Shown here in pieces: positions 7,642 to 17,025 of a stretch of 33,054 nucleotides of DNA. Positions within the stretch are counted from its first letter, which is position 1; each line of letters starts with the position of its first letter. A model generated the notes under the pieces. The model made no database searches, was not told the origin of the DNA, and worked only from the letters and a program-made list of their open reading frames with translations. The position numbers and the translations under genes were made by a program. The DNA is from an uncultured Pirellulales bacterium (lineage in GTDB: Bacteria; Planctomycetota; Phycisphaerae; Sedimentisphaerales; Anaerobacaceae): assembly GCA_964471015.1 (NCBI GenBank), contig CAYYFT010000001.1, positions 1 to 33,054 on the forward strand, given 5' to 3'.

Positions 7642-9132
7642 GTGTATTTGGCAAAGCGAGAAGAAAAAAGAAGAGACTCTTCGCTACGCTCAGAACGGCA
7701 AGGCCGATTTGAACAGCAGAGGCAGGAGAAGTTGTCTCGCATCAGGGAATTGGGTATTGACCCTTATGGTGGTAAATACGAAGGGGCTGAGCAAGCTGGT
7801 GATATTAAAGCAGGGTTTAAGGAGGATGATGAGAGCCAACAGGCCAAATGTGCCGGCAGGATTGTGCTGCTGAGGGACATCGGGAAGTTGATTTTTATGA
7901 CGTTGCGTGACTGGAGCGGGACTATCCAGATAGGCTTGAGCCAAAAACTGCTGGGTGAAAAATGGTCGTTTGTTAAATTGCTTGAGCTTGGCGATATAAT
8001 TGGCGCTTCCGGTCAATTAGGTAAAACCAAAACGGGAGAGATTACTATATGGGCTGATAGTGTAACGCTACTGAGCAAGTCGCTTTTACCGCCGCCGGAG
8101 AAATTTCATGGTTTGTCAGATATTGACCTGCGTTACAGGCACAGGTTCGTGGATTTGTGGGCCAATCCTGAGGTGATGGAGAGATTCAAAAAGCGCAGTT
8201 CGATGATTGCCACGATTCGTGATTTTCTCAAGTCCCGCGGTTTTTTGGAAGTTGAGACGCCGATGATGCAGGCTATAGCCGGCGGAGCTGCGGCGAAGCC
8301 ATTTGTGACGCATCATAACAGTTTGGGTATGGAGCTGTTCCTGCGGATTGCGCCGGAGCTGTTTCTAAAAAGGCTGCTGGTTGGTGGGATGGAAAAGGTC
8401 TTCGAGATAAACCGTAATTTCCGCAATGAGGGACTGAGCAGAGAACACAACCCGGAGTTTACAATGCTGGAATTGTATCAGGCCTACGTTGATTACAATG
8501 TGATGATGGATTTGACTGAGGAGCTTATCTGTATGTTGGTGGAGAAGTACTGTGCCGGTGAGCAAGTTCAATTCGGTGAAGAGACAGTTAATTATTCGAA
8601 GCCATGGCGGCGGGCCAAATATGCCGAGTTGCTGAAAGAATACGGTAATTGCGACCCTGATGATTTGCCATCCGTTGGGGCCAAGGCGAAAGAGCTTGGA
8701 CTTGATGTGACTAAAATGGACCCGGTTGTAGTTATCGATAAAGTTTTTGAAGCTACCGTTGAGAGCAGTCTGGTTAATCCTACTTTTGTTATAGATTATC
8801 CAGCGGCACTGTGTCCGTTGACTAAACGCAAAAAAGATAAACCTAATTATGCTGAGAGGTTCGAGTTGTATATCGCCAGGATGGAATTGGCCAACGCCTA
8901 TACAGAACTGAATGACCCCGCTATTCAAGAAGCAAATTTCAATCTACAGCTAAAGGGGCAGGAAGAAACCATGGCAAAGATGGACACTGATTTTATAACG
9001 GCGTTGAAATATGGTATGCCGCCGGCAGGGGGGTTGGGTATAGGAATTGACAGATTGGTAATGGTTCTAACCGGTGCTGCGAGCATTCGTGACGTGGTGC
9101 TGTTTCCGCTTCTGAGGCCTATCTCCGAATAA
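7642..9132 (+). CDS. lysS: Lysine--tRNA ligase, class II
   Basis: OB-fold anticodon-binding N-domain ([25 protein letters not shown]). Class II motifs (FLEVETPMM; [23 protein letters not shown]; [17 protein letters not shown]). The ORF opens at GTG 7642. TTG 7648 is better spaced from AAAGGTGG (7633-7640) and may be the real start. Confidence 0.92.
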   Translation: MYLAKREEKRRDSSLRSERQGRFEQQRQEKLSRIRELGIDPYGGKYEGAEQAGDIKAGFKEDDESQQAKCAGRIVLLRDIGKLIFMTLRDWSGTIQIGLSQKLLGEKWSFVKLLELGDIIGASGQLGKTKTGEITIWADSVTLLSKSLLPPPEKFHGLSDIDLRYRHRFVDLWANPEVMERFKKRSSMIATIRDFLKSRGFLEVETPMMQAIAGGAAAKPFVTHHNSLGMELFLRIAPELFLKRLLVGGMEKVFEINRNFRNEGLSREHNPEFTMLELYQAYVDYNVMMDLTEELICMLVEKYCAGEQVQFGEETVNYSKPWRRAKYAELLKEYGNCDPDDLPSVGAKAKELGLDVTKMDPVVVIDKVFEATVESSLVNPTFVIDYPAALCPLTKRKKDKPNYAERFELYIARMELANAYTELNDPAIQEANFNLQLKGQEETMAKMDTDFITALKYGMPPAGGLGIGIDRLVMVLTGAASIRDVVLFPLLRPISE

Positions 9133-9148
9133 AACGATTGGGCTGGAT

Positions 9149-10462
9149 ATGCTAAAATTGTTTTTGTGGCTGCGGTACCTGCATAAGAAAAAGATTGTAT
9201 TTTTGAGTATAGCCGCAGTTGCTCTGTCAGTGGCGTTGCTGATAGTCGTTGCCAGTTTGTTCGGTGGTTTTATCGATGTTTTCGAGCAAAGCGCGGTTAA
9301 AGCAATAGGGGATGTAGTTCTGGGCCCGCCGGTTAAGTTTTCAAAATACGAAGAGCTTATTGAGCGTCTGGAGCGGATGAATGTGGTGGAGGAGGCGACG
9401 GCGACTCTGTCGGCTCAGGGGCTATTGCATTTGGGCAAAGGCAATGTTCGTGGAGTGGAGATTTGGGGGGTCTCGAATCTCGATACTCGGTTCTCGAAAC
9501 CCGAACGAGTGTCCGGGAACGAATATCCGGTGTCGAAGGGCAAGCATCCTGTATATGGCTTTGTGGGAATCGGCGTGGTGGCGGAGCCGGATGAAGAGAC
9601 GGATGAGTATGATTTTGACGCAGTTAAAAAGCTGATTGGTGAGCAGGCTGTTCTTACGATGGGGGCGGTGATGAAAGCACAGGAGGAAGGTAAGGCGGCG
9701 GTCAGGAGGAGGACGGTAAAATTTGCAATTGCGGACGTTGTTTTCACGGGTGTTTATTATCTTGATAAGGAACTGGTGTATCTACCTATAGAAGAACTTC
9801 AAAAGGTTTTGTACCCGAATGGGAGCGAAGGTGTTGCCGGCCAGATTCAAATTAGGCTGAGAGCAGACGCCGAGACCGATGTTGCACTGGCCCAGATTCG
9901 CGGCGTGTGGGAGGCTTTTGCCACTGAGCACCTGAGGTGGGAGCCGTATCTTATAAGAGGGACGGTAATTGCCACAGCCAAACAGATGCAAAGCAAATAT
10001 GTGGCGGAGTTTCGAAAGCAAATGGGGGTTTTGTTGTTGATATTTGGTGTTGTAAGTTTAAGTGCGGTTCTGCTGATTTTTTGCATATTCTATATGATAG
10101 TTGAAACCCGACAAAAGGACATCGCGATAATAAAAAGCTGTGGGGCGACGAATAGTTCGGCGGCATCGATTTTTGTCGGCTTCGGCGTTTGTGTCGGGCT
10201 AATCGGTTCGGGGACAGGTATGATACTGGGTGATATTGTAACAAAGAATATAAATACTATTGAAGAGTGGATAAGGGTAATTTTTGGTTTAAAGCTCTGG
10301 AAAAGCAGCGTGTATATGTTTAGTAAAATACCGAATGAAGTTGATTGGGAGTCGGCTTTGCTTATAGCATTGTCGGCGGTCGTAGCGTCGGCTGTGGGAG
10401 CACTGATACCAGCGATTATTGCGGCAAGGACCAGGCCGGTCAATATTTTGAGTTATGAATAA
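9149..10462 (+). CDS. FtsX/MacB-family ABC transporter permease, LolC/LolE-like (lipoprotein release)
   Basis: N-terminus MLKLFLWLRYLHKKKIVFLSIAAVALSVALLIVV resembles LolC/E (..A.RYLR.. then TM1). A large periplasmic loop is followed by a C-terminal FtsX 3-TM bundle. The gene lies in a permease-permease-ATPase operon. Confidence 0.8.
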   Translation: MLKLFLWLRYLHKKKIVFLSIAAVALSVALLIVVASLFGGFIDVFEQSAVKAIGDVVLGPPVKFSKYEELIERLERMNVVEEATATLSAQGLLHLGKGNVRGVEIWGVSNLDTRFSKPERVSGNEYPVSKGKHPVYGFVGIGVVAEPDEETDEYDFDAVKKLIGEQAVLTMGAVMKAQEEGKAAVRRRTVKFAIADVVFTGVYYLDKELVYLPIEELQKVLYPNGSEGVAGQIQIRLRADAETDVALAQIRGVWEAFATEHLRWEPYLIRGTVIATAKQMQSKYVAEFRKQMGVLLLIFGVVSLSAVLLIFCIFYMIVETRQKDIAIIKSCGATNSSAASIFVGFGVCVGLIGSGTGMILGDIVTKNINTIEEWIRVIFGLKLWKSSVYMFSKIPNEVDWESALLIALSAVVASAVGALIPAIIAARTRPVNILSYE

Positions 10463-10474
10463 ATAATTTTGAGA

Positions 10475-11824
10475 ATGTATAAGATTATTTTGTCATTTCG
10501 TTACCTGCTCAAGAGGCGCATCAGTTATCTGGCATTTTTGGCAGTGGCACTTTGCGTCTTTATAGTAGTTGTGGTGATGACTGTAATTACAGGTCTGGTG
10601 CGGGATTTTAAGGTTAATAACCATAAGTGGGTGGGTGATTGCATAGTTGGAACCGAATCGCTGGTTGGTTTTGCATACTATGAGGATTTTATAAAAAGAA
10701 TTGAGAAGTCTGATTTTATTGAGGGTATCTCATCTGTGGTGAAAAGCTATGCCCTTGTGAGGGGTCGTGACTCAGAGGAGGGTATCGGCATTGAGATTAT
10801 GGGTATTGAGCCAGTTAAACACAGCGGAGTTACCGGTTTTGGCGAGACGCTGTATCACCGTAAAAACGATGTGTCTAAAGCATTTGTGCCGGCCCACGAC
10901 CCGAATCTTGTCGGCTGTGTGGTGGGGATTGACAGATGGCTGGTGCGTGATGCCAAGGGCAGATATAGTTATGAAGTCAGTCCTGTTGAGGCAGCTCTTT
11001 TGGTGAGCTGCTTTCCTTTAACCTCGAAAGGCGCTTTAGCAAAAGCCGGGGCGGGACTGGTAAATACAAAAACTTTCTACTACAGTGACACTTCGCACAG
11101 TGGATTAGCAAGGGTTGACAGTTCATTTGTTTACCTGCCGCTTGAAGAGGCGCAGTTGCTTTGTGGTATGGGCGGGTCTGTCAAAAGAATCAGTGCAATC
11201 CATATAAAGTTCAAACCGAATATGAAACTTGAGGATGGGTGTGAAAAAGTCGCCGCACTATGGAAGGGGTTTGTAGAAGAAAAAAGAGGTGAAAAACAGG
11301 CAGGATTACTGGATACAGTTACGGTGCAAAGCTGGAAGGAATACAGGCGTCCATTTATTGCAGCGATGGAGAAAGAACAGACAATGCTGACGATTATGTT
11401 TGCACTTGTGGGAGTTACGACAGTATTTATTGTCCTTGTTGTTTTTTATATGATTGTCAGCCATAAAAGTAAAGATGTCGGCATATTAAAAAGCATAGGT
11501 GTTTCGAAGGTGAATATTATCGAATTATTTTCGTGTTTTGCTTTTTTAACAGGTCTTTTGGGTTGTGTCGTTGGGGTGTTTGCCGGCTGGTTATTTTTAC
11601 TCAAGATTAACCAGGCAGAGGATTTTCTGTTTGAGCATTTTGGTTTTCAGTTGTGGGACAGGACGATGTATGCTATCGGTGATATTCCCAGTGCTATTGA
11701 TTTGAAAGTTCTGGGAGTGATAATAGTTTCAGCAATGGCTGCCTGTTTGGCCGGTGCGTTTTTGCCGAGTTGGCAGGCGGCGAAATTAGAGGCGGTAGAG
11801 GCTTTGCAGGTGAGCCAATTATGA
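10475..11824 (+). CDS. Second FtsX/MacB-family ABC permease, LolC/LolE-like
   Basis: MYKIILSFRYLLKRRISYLAFLAVALCVFIVVVV, then a periplasmic domain and an FtsX C-terminal TM bundle (KDVGILKSIGVSK...). The ORF opens at TTG 10469; I prefer ATG 10475. The stop overlaps the lolD ATG (ATGA at 11821-11824). Confidence 0.8.
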   Translation: MYKIILSFRYLLKRRISYLAFLAVALCVFIVVVVMTVITGLVRDFKVNNHKWVGDCIVGTESLVGFAYYEDFIKRIEKSDFIEGISSVVKSYALVRGRDSEEGIGIEIMGIEPVKHSGVTGFGETLYHRKNDVSKAFVPAHDPNLVGCVVGIDRWLVRDAKGRYSYEVSPVEAALLVSCFPLTSKGALAKAGAGLVNTKTFYYSDTSHSGLARVDSSFVYLPLEEAQLLCGMGGSVKRISAIHIKFKPNMKLEDGCEKVAALWKGFVEEKRGEKQAGLLDTVTVQSWKEYRRPFIAAMEKEQTMLTIMFALVGVTTVFIVLVVFYMIVSHKSKDVGILKSIGVSKVNIIELFSCFAFLTGLLGCVVGVFAGWLFLLKINQAEDFLFEHFGFQLWDRTMYAIGDIPSAIDLKVLGVIIVSAMAACLAGAFLPSWQAAKLEAVEALQVSQL

Positions 11825-12516
11825 GCAAGGACGATTTTATATTAAAGGCCGAAAGGCTTTATAAGTCTTATCGGATGGGTGAGGCAGAGGTCAGCGTGCT
11901 CAGAGGCGTGGATTTAGCTGTAAAAAGAAGTGAGTTTGTTGCAATAGTTGGAGCCTCAGGCAGCGGCAAAAGCACGCTATTGCATATACTGGGGGCGCTG
12001 GACCGGCCGGATAAAGGCGCTGTAAGCTTTGAAGGGAGGAATTTGAGCCGGTTGGCGGAAGGCGAATTGAATAAATTTCGCAATAAAATGGTGGGATTTG
12101 TTTTTCAGTTTTATCATTTATTGGACGAATTAAGTGTATTGGAAAATGTGTTCCTGCCGGCAATGGCCTCGAAGAGTGTATTCGGGTGGCTTGGTAGTCG
12201 GAGATGGGCGAGGGGCCGAGCTAAAGAATTGCTCGGCGAGCTTGGTTTGAGCGAAAGGGCCAATCATAAGCCGTATCAGTTGTCGGGGGGAGAGAGGCAA
12301 AGGGTGGCTATCGGCAGGGCGTTGATGAATGAACCGAGAATACTTTTGGCAGATGAGCCGACTGGAAATCTTGACTCTGCGACGGGAAATGGTATCTTAG
12401 ATGTTTTTGAAAGATTAAATGGAGCCGGCCAGACGATTGTGATGGTAACTCACGATGAGAGAATTGCCCAAAAGGCCGGACGGATAATAACACTGTCGGA
12501 CGGCAAGATAAGGTGA
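11821..12516 (+). CDS. lolD: ABC transporter ATP-binding protein, LolD/MacB-type
   Basis: Walker A GASGSGKST, Q-loop, signature LSGGERQRVAIGRAL, Walker B ILLADEPTGNLD, H-loop VTHD. The ATG at 11821 forms a 4-nt overlap with the upstream permease. The track ORF start at 11770 is an upstream extension inside that permease. Confidence 0.85.
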   Translation: MSKDDFILKAERLYKSYRMGEAEVSVLRGVDLAVKRSEFVAIVGASGSGKSTLLHILGALDRPDKGAVSFEGRNLSRLAEGELNKFRNKMVGFVFQFYHLLDELSVLENVFLPAMASKSVFGWLGSRRWARGRAKELLGELGLSERANHKPYQLSGGERQRVAIGRALMNEPRILLADEPTGNLDSATGNGILDVFERLNGAGQTIVMVTHDERIAQKAGRIITLSDGKIR

Positions 12517-12580
12517 GAAAACACAGAAACGTAAACTCATACGATACTTGTGGGATGCGGGTCTATTAGAGGAAGATGAC

Positions 12581-13447
12581 ATGGCATTGAAGATTTGGCT
12601 TGACGGCAAACTTGTAGATGAGACGGATGCTAAAATAACTGTTTTTGACCACGGTCTTCTTTACGGTGACGGGGTATTTGAAGGTATTCGTGTTTACAGC
12701 AGGAGGATATTTGAGCTGGATGCCCACATCAGGCGGCTCTATGAATCGGCGAAGGTGATTCGCCTTGATGTTCCGATGAGCAGGGACGAGCTCGTCAGGG
12801 CGGTTGAAAAGACTGTCGAAGCTAACAACGTTATTGATGGTTATATTCGGCTTGTTGTTACCCGTGGTGTAGGCACTTTAGGACTGAATCCTTTCGTTTG
12901 CGAGGGCGGAAGATTATTTATCATAGCTGATAACATACAGCTTTATCCAGAGGAGCTTTACGAAAAAGGGATGAAGGTAATTAGTGCAACGACGATTCGG
13001 AATCATCCGTTGTCAATTCCGCCGCAGATCAAGAGTATGAATTATCTCAATAATATTCTGGCCAAGATTGAAGCTCTGGACAGAGATGTACCGGAAGCGG
13101 TTATGTATAACCACGAAGGATATGTTGCCGAGGCGACGGGCGATAACGTTTTTATTGTAAGAGACGGAGTGATTTATACGCCTCCGGTTGAAGCCGGTGC
13201 GCTGGGGGGGATAACTCGTGGTATCGTTATCAGATTGGCCAAGAAAGAAAAGCTCGATGTGGTTGAAAAAAACCTGACGAGATTCGATTTATACGTTTGC
13301 GATGAGTTTTTCCTTACCGGGACGGCTGCGGAGGTCATTGGTATCGTTGAGATTGACGGCAGGATTGTCGGTGACGGCAGGCCCGGGCCGTATACCCGCC
13401 TGCTGAGAAAGAAATTCTTCAAATACGCCCACGGAAGGAGCAAATAG
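12581..13447 (+). CDS. ilvE: Branched-chain amino acid aminotransferase (fold type IV PLP enzyme)
   Basis: MALKIWLDGKLVDETDAKITVFDHGLLYGDGVFEGIRVY, plus YIRLVVTRG, and GITR...EVIGIVEIDGR near the C-terminus. GAGGAAG lies 7 nt upstream of ATG 12581. The D-amino-acid aminotransferase alternative cannot be fully excluded by eye. Confidence 0.8.
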   Translation: MALKIWLDGKLVDETDAKITVFDHGLLYGDGVFEGIRVYSRRIFELDAHIRRLYESAKVIRLDVPMSRDELVRAVEKTVEANNVIDGYIRLVVTRGVGTLGLNPFVCEGGRLFIIADNIQLYPEELYEKGMKVISATTIRNHPLSIPPQIKSMNYLNNILAKIEALDRDVPEAVMYNHEGYVAEATGDNVFIVRDGVIYTPPVEAGALGGITRGIVIRLAKKEKLDVVEKNLTRFDLYVCDEFFLTGTAAEVIGIVEIDGRIVGDGRPGPYTRLLRKKFFKYAHGRSK

Positions 13448-14536
13448 TTGGCGTCTCTCTCGTGTTCCGGACGAGATACAAACGGCGAAGCACGCAGTAT
13501 ATACTATATGCAGTTAGCAGCACATACCGACATATCCGGCGGTCTCCTTCATAGCGATGTTCCCACTTTTAGACTTATCAATGGTGAATTGGGCCAGGTA
13601 AAAGAACTGATAAATGGGCAATTGGCGTGCTGCACCGACAAAATCGGAGTTAGCCGATTGGTCGAACACCTGAATAGCTGTGGCGGCAAGATGATTCGTC
13701 CCGGGCTGGTTTTGCTTGCCGGTGGGGCTGTCGGTAAAATCACAGACAAGCACATCCGTATTGCAGCGATTATGGAGATGATTCACAATGCCACGCTACT
13801 GCACGATGATGTTATAGACGAAGGTCAAAGGCGTCGGGGGCGGGCTACGGTGAACAGTTTATGGGGCAACGAATCTGCAGTTTTGTTAGGCGATTTTTTA
13901 TTAAGCAAGGTCTTCAGGATGTGTGCTGATTTAGAGCCGCAAGTTGTGAAGATAATCGCTGCTGCTGCTGCTCGAACCTGCGAAGGTGAATTAAGGCAGA
14001 TAGCACAAAGAGAAAACTGGCAGTTAAATGAAACGGAATATATCGACATAATCACTGAAAAAAGTGCAGCACTTTTTAGCAGCTGTTGTTATCTTGGCGG
14101 TCTTTTAGCTGGAGCAGACGAAGACGAGGTTCGACTGTTGTCTGATTTTGGTTTGAATTTCGGTATTGCGTTCCAGATTACCGATGATTTGCTCGACATA
14201 ATCGGCGATGAGGCCAAAACGGGCAAAACAATCGGCAATGATGTTGATAAGAGCAAGCTGACTTTGGCTGTGATACATTTATTAGGCGTGACGAATGGGA
14301 AGGGAAGAAGCGCAGTGATAAATTCGTTGTGTGACAGGATAGGCTTAGTAGAGATGCTGAGGTCCTATGGGAGTTTGGAATATGCATATAGCAGGGCGCA
14401 AGAGTTTGTTGCAAAAGCGATTGCGCCGTTGAATGACTTGCCCCGCCCCTGCAGCAGGGGTCGGGGCTTGCGGGAAAATGCTGCTAAGGAAGCCTTGATT
14501 GAGACGGCCAGATTTATTGGACGGCAAGGGGTTTAA
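13448..14536 (+). CDS. Long-chain all-trans polyprenyl diphosphate synthase (IspB/HepT family; chain length not determinable)
   Basis: First and second Asp-rich motifs LLHDDVIDEGQRRRG and FQITDDLLD, plus GGKMIRP and KTGKTIGNDV. TTG 13448 is preceded by a perfect AAGGAG (13435-13440, 7-nt spacer) and abuts the ilvE stop. The alternative start is ATG 13508. Confidence 0.85.
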   Translation: MASLSCSGRDTNGEARSIYYMQLAAHTDISGGLLHSDVPTFRLINGELGQVKELINGQLACCTDKIGVSRLVEHLNSCGGKMIRPGLVLLAGGAVGKITDKHIRIAAIMEMIHNATLLHDDVIDEGQRRRGRATVNSLWGNESAVLLGDFLLSKVFRMCADLEPQVVKIIAAAAARTCEGELRQIAQRENWQLNETEYIDIITEKSAALFSSCCYLGGLLAGADEDEVRLLSDFGLNFGIAFQITDDLLDIIGDEAKTGKTIGNDVDKSKLTLAVIHLLGVTNGKGRSAVINSLCDRIGLVEMLRSYGSLEYAYSRAQEFVAKAIAPLNDLPRPCSRGRGLRENAAKEALIETARFIGRQGV

Positions 14537-14564
14537 GTCTGGTTTATCTCGGGGTTGAAATGAG

Positions 14565-14600
14565 AAGGCCGGTTTTTAATAAACCGGCCTTTTTTGATTT
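14565..14600 (+). terminator. Rho-independent terminator between convergent polyprenyl synthase and OMP genes
   Basis: Perfect 11-bp stem aaggccggttt (14565-14575) / aaaccggcctt (14581-14591) with a 5-nt loop, followed by a T-run. An A-run precedes the stem, so it may work in both directions. Confidence 0.8.
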
Positions 14601-14626
14601 AATGCAAATGTGTCGTGCTTAACGTC

Positions 14627-15409
14627 TTAGAATTTGTACTTCATACTCAAGCCGACCCAGAATTCATTTTCGCCATTTACCGAACTTTCCCACGATGATT
14701 GGTAGTAAACTGCGGGGGTGAAAGTAAGATTATTTCTGATTTCCAGGTCTGTTGAGAGGCCAAAGACCATGTGTGACCAGCCGGCATCTGCGCCCAAAAC
14801 GCCGTCGTTGTAGACGAGGTCTGTCGAGAGATGGATGGTACGCACCGGGATTTCCGGTATCATTTCTGCGACGTCTATGTCATAGTCAAGTCCAAAGACG
14901 TGCAACCAGCCACCGTAGTCACTTGCGAAGGTGGAATTGCTTCTGGATGGCCACATAAGGACAACGGTGTAGCTTGGGATGAAACCTGCGGGATGGATTT
15001 CCGGCCAGGAAAGAGTTGCGAAGAATTCCTGAAGGTCAGATGCCTTTGGAGAGCTATCCGGGTAGTTGTAATAGCCCCAGCCAACAGTGTAATCAGTGGT
15101 GTAAGTCTTGGTCTGCAAAAGACTATTTTTGTAGTATAAAGTGTAGTTAAGCCACTCGTCATCTTCGAAGCCGCTTGTATTGGCTATTGACCACAGGATT
15201 TTGGTGCCGAGCCCTGTTCCATACAAATCGAGGTCGATGCTTGGTTGAATTGTACTGTGGTCGTCCTCGTACATATCGAAGCCCCGCCAGATGTACCTGC
15301 TCAAATATGTTACATCAAAAGTTCCACTTAGGTTACGCTCCTGGGCCTGGGCGAGACCAGCAGTGCCCAACAAGATTACGGCAATTAGTAGAATCGCTTT
15401 TTTATTCAT
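14627..15409 (-). CDS. Outer-membrane beta-barrel protein, TorF/Gcw_chp-like putative porin
   Basis: Signal peptide MNKKAILLIAVILLGTAGLAQA, alternating aromatic/Gly beta-strand pattern, and C-terminal ...SMKYKF (terminal Phe). The N-terminal block DVTYLSRYIWRGFD...IQPSIDLDL resembles the TIGR02001/TorF-type family (..S.Y.fRG....PA.Q..ld.). The family call is from memory. Confidence 0.55.
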   Translation of the reverse strand: MNKKAILLIAVILLGTAGLAQAQERNLSGTFDVTYLSRYIWRGFDMYEDDHSTIQPSIDLDLYGTGLGTKILWSIANTSGFEDDEWLNYTLYYKNSLLQTKTYTTDYTVGWGYYNYPDSSPKASDLQEFFATLSWPEIHPAGFIPSYTVVLMWPSRSNSTFASDYGGWLHVFGLDYDIDVAEMIPEIPVRTIHLSTDLVYNDGVLGADAGWSHMVFGLSTDLEIRNNLTFTPAVYYQSSWESSVNGENEFWVGLSMKYKF

Positions 15410-15600
15410 ACTCGTCCCCTTAAAAAACTTTTATCCGAACTTTTTCAATACTCCGCGCAAAGCCATAACATAAAACTAATGTAATCCTAACAATCGCTTA
15501 GAAAAGTTTATTGGCATATGGCTGTAAATCAAATAAAAAAAGTCTTTTTTTGGATTTTTTTGTGTTTTGGTAGCTAACGGATAGGTCCTATAAATAAATT

Positions 15601-15629
15601 TCGACAGTTTAGCATATCTTGCGTATAAT
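15601..15629 (+). promoter_or_regulatory. Near-consensus sigma70-type promoter (-35 TCGACA, 17-nt spacer, -10 TATAAT) in front of or overlapping the rarA start
   Basis: TCGACA at 15601-15606, exactly 17 nt, then TATAAT at 15624-15629, preceded by A/T tracts (15530-15600) that could act as an UP element. Confidence 0.45.
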
Positions 15630-15636
15630 GCATTCG

Positions 15637-17025
15637 ATGCTTAAGGGCAAGGGTGATAGAACGCTGTTCAGCCGGTCTGAGGAGGGCAATATAGCCTCGG
15701 CGGCGCCACTGGCGGTTCGGATGAGGCCTCGAAACCTCGAAGAATTCCTCGGCCAGAGGCACTTTCTTGGGCATGATAAGCTGTTGAGGAGGATGCTTGA
15801 GGCTGATGTGCTGAGTAGTCTGATATTTTACGGCCCGCCAGGTGTGGGCAAGACGTCGCTTGCAACAGTGATTGCGAATTACACAAAAGCAGAGTTTTAC
15901 TATCTTAGTGCACCAGCGGCCAGTGTTAAGGATATTCGTGAGATAATCGCAGGTGCCCGTGACAGGCTCGCTGCCAGCGGCAAAAGGACAGTTCTTTTTA
16001 TCAATGAGATACACCGCTTCAATCGAGCACAGCAGGACGTTCTATTGGATGATGTTGAATCCGGGGTTTTAATTCTAATAGGCGCTACGACGGAGAATCC
16101 GTTTTTTTCGGTCAATTCACCGTTGATTTCCCGCAGTACTATGTTTGCTTTTGAGCCGCTTAGTGAGGAGGATATTTTACGATTGCTGAAAACCGCGATT
16201 GCCGATACCGAGCGAGGGCTTGGTGAATTTGATATCGAGGCAGAGGAAAAGGCCCTGAAATTTCTGGCGGTGATGAGCGATGGCGATGCGCGAAAGGCTC
16301 TGACAGCACTGGAGGTGGGCGTGTTATCTCAGGCTGCCCGTCAGGACGACAAAAGAATAAAATTTAATCTGGAAGTTGCGAAAGAGTCGATACAACAAAA
16401 GAGGATTGAGTATGACGGCACAGGTGATACACACTACGATTTGGCGAGCGCTTTTCAGAAGAGCATGCGGGGCAGCGACCCTGACGCCACTGTTTATTGG
16501 CTTGCCCGGATGATATCAGGTGGAGAAGATACGCGTTTTATTGCTCGGCGGATTGCGGTTTGTGCGGCTGAAGATGTTGGCAATGCCGACCCGATGGCGA
16601 CAGTTCTGGCTGCAGCAGCCGTTCAGATATCTGAATTTGTGGGCTTGCCTGAAGCACAATTGGCGTTGGCGCAGGCGGCTATATATGTTGCGTGTGCGCC
16701 GAAATCAAATGCAGCGGCTTCGGCCATTTGGCAGGCGGTTGGCGACGTAAAATCGCAGAAAACGATACCGGTGCCCAAGCATTTGAAGGACAGCCATTAC
16801 CGTGGTGCAAAGAAGATGGGTTTCGGGACTGATTACAAGTATCCGCACGATTTTAAGGATGGCTTTGTGACGCAGGAGTATCTTCCGGCGGCTTTGAAGA
16901 AGAAGTATTACAGCCCGAAAGAGGTCGGGTGTGAAAAAAATATGAAGCGTTATTTACAAAAGCTGGAAACCCTGATACAAAGTAGCGAACCCGTCCCAGA
17001 GAGTACGGAGAAGAAGGATAGTTGA
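15637..17025 (+). CDS. rarA: Replication-associated recombination protein A (AAA+ ATPase RarA/MgsA)
   Basis: PLAVRMRPRNLEEFLGQRHFLG, Walker A FYGPPGVGKTSLA, Walker B LFINEIHRFN, GATTENP, then the MgsA C-terminal domain (HYDLASAFQKSMRGSDPDATVYWLARM; KHLKD...YKYPHD). The ORF is open from TTG 15619. ATG 15628 and ATG 15637 are the alternative starts. I list 15637 because the putative -10 box covers the earlier ones. Confidence 0.85.
   Translation: MLKGKGDRTLFSRSEEGNIASAAPLAVRMRPRNLEEFLGQRHFLGHDKLLRRMLEADVLSSLIFYGPPGVGKTSLATVIANYTKAEFYYLSAPAASVKDIREIIAGARDRLAASGKRTVLFINEIHRFNRAQQDVLLDDVESGVLILIGATTENPFFSVNSPLISRSTMFAFEPLSEEDILRLLKTAIADTERGLGEFDIEAEEKALKFLAVMSDGDARKALTALEVGVLSQAARQDDKRIKFNLEVAKESIQQKRIEYDGTGDTHYDLASAFQKSMRGSDPDATVYWLARMISGGEDTRFIARRIAVCAAEDVGNADPMATVLAAAAVQISEFVGLPEAQLALAQAAIYVACAPKSNAAASAIWQAVGDVKSQKTIPVPKHLKDSHYRGAKKMGFGTDYKYPHDFKDGFVTQEYLPAALKKKYYSPKEVGCEKNMKRYLQKLETLIQSSEPVPESTEKKDS

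Noticed and set aside
8365-8928. 187-aa minus-strand ORF inside lysS. Similar antisense ORFs lie at 1542-1997, 4062-4517, 15574-16014, 10090-10443 and 20145-20522.
   Set aside because: All lie opposite strongly supported genes and show no motifs. They look like frame-shadow ORFs of the real coding frames.
11770-11820. Upstream extension of the lolD ORF (track start 11770)
   Set aside because: The extension overlaps the permease's C-terminal TM region and encodes MAGGEIRGGRGFAGEPI, which has no ABC homology. ATG 11821 gives the classic ATGA overlap and a normal ABC N-terminus (MSKDDFILKAERLYKSY).
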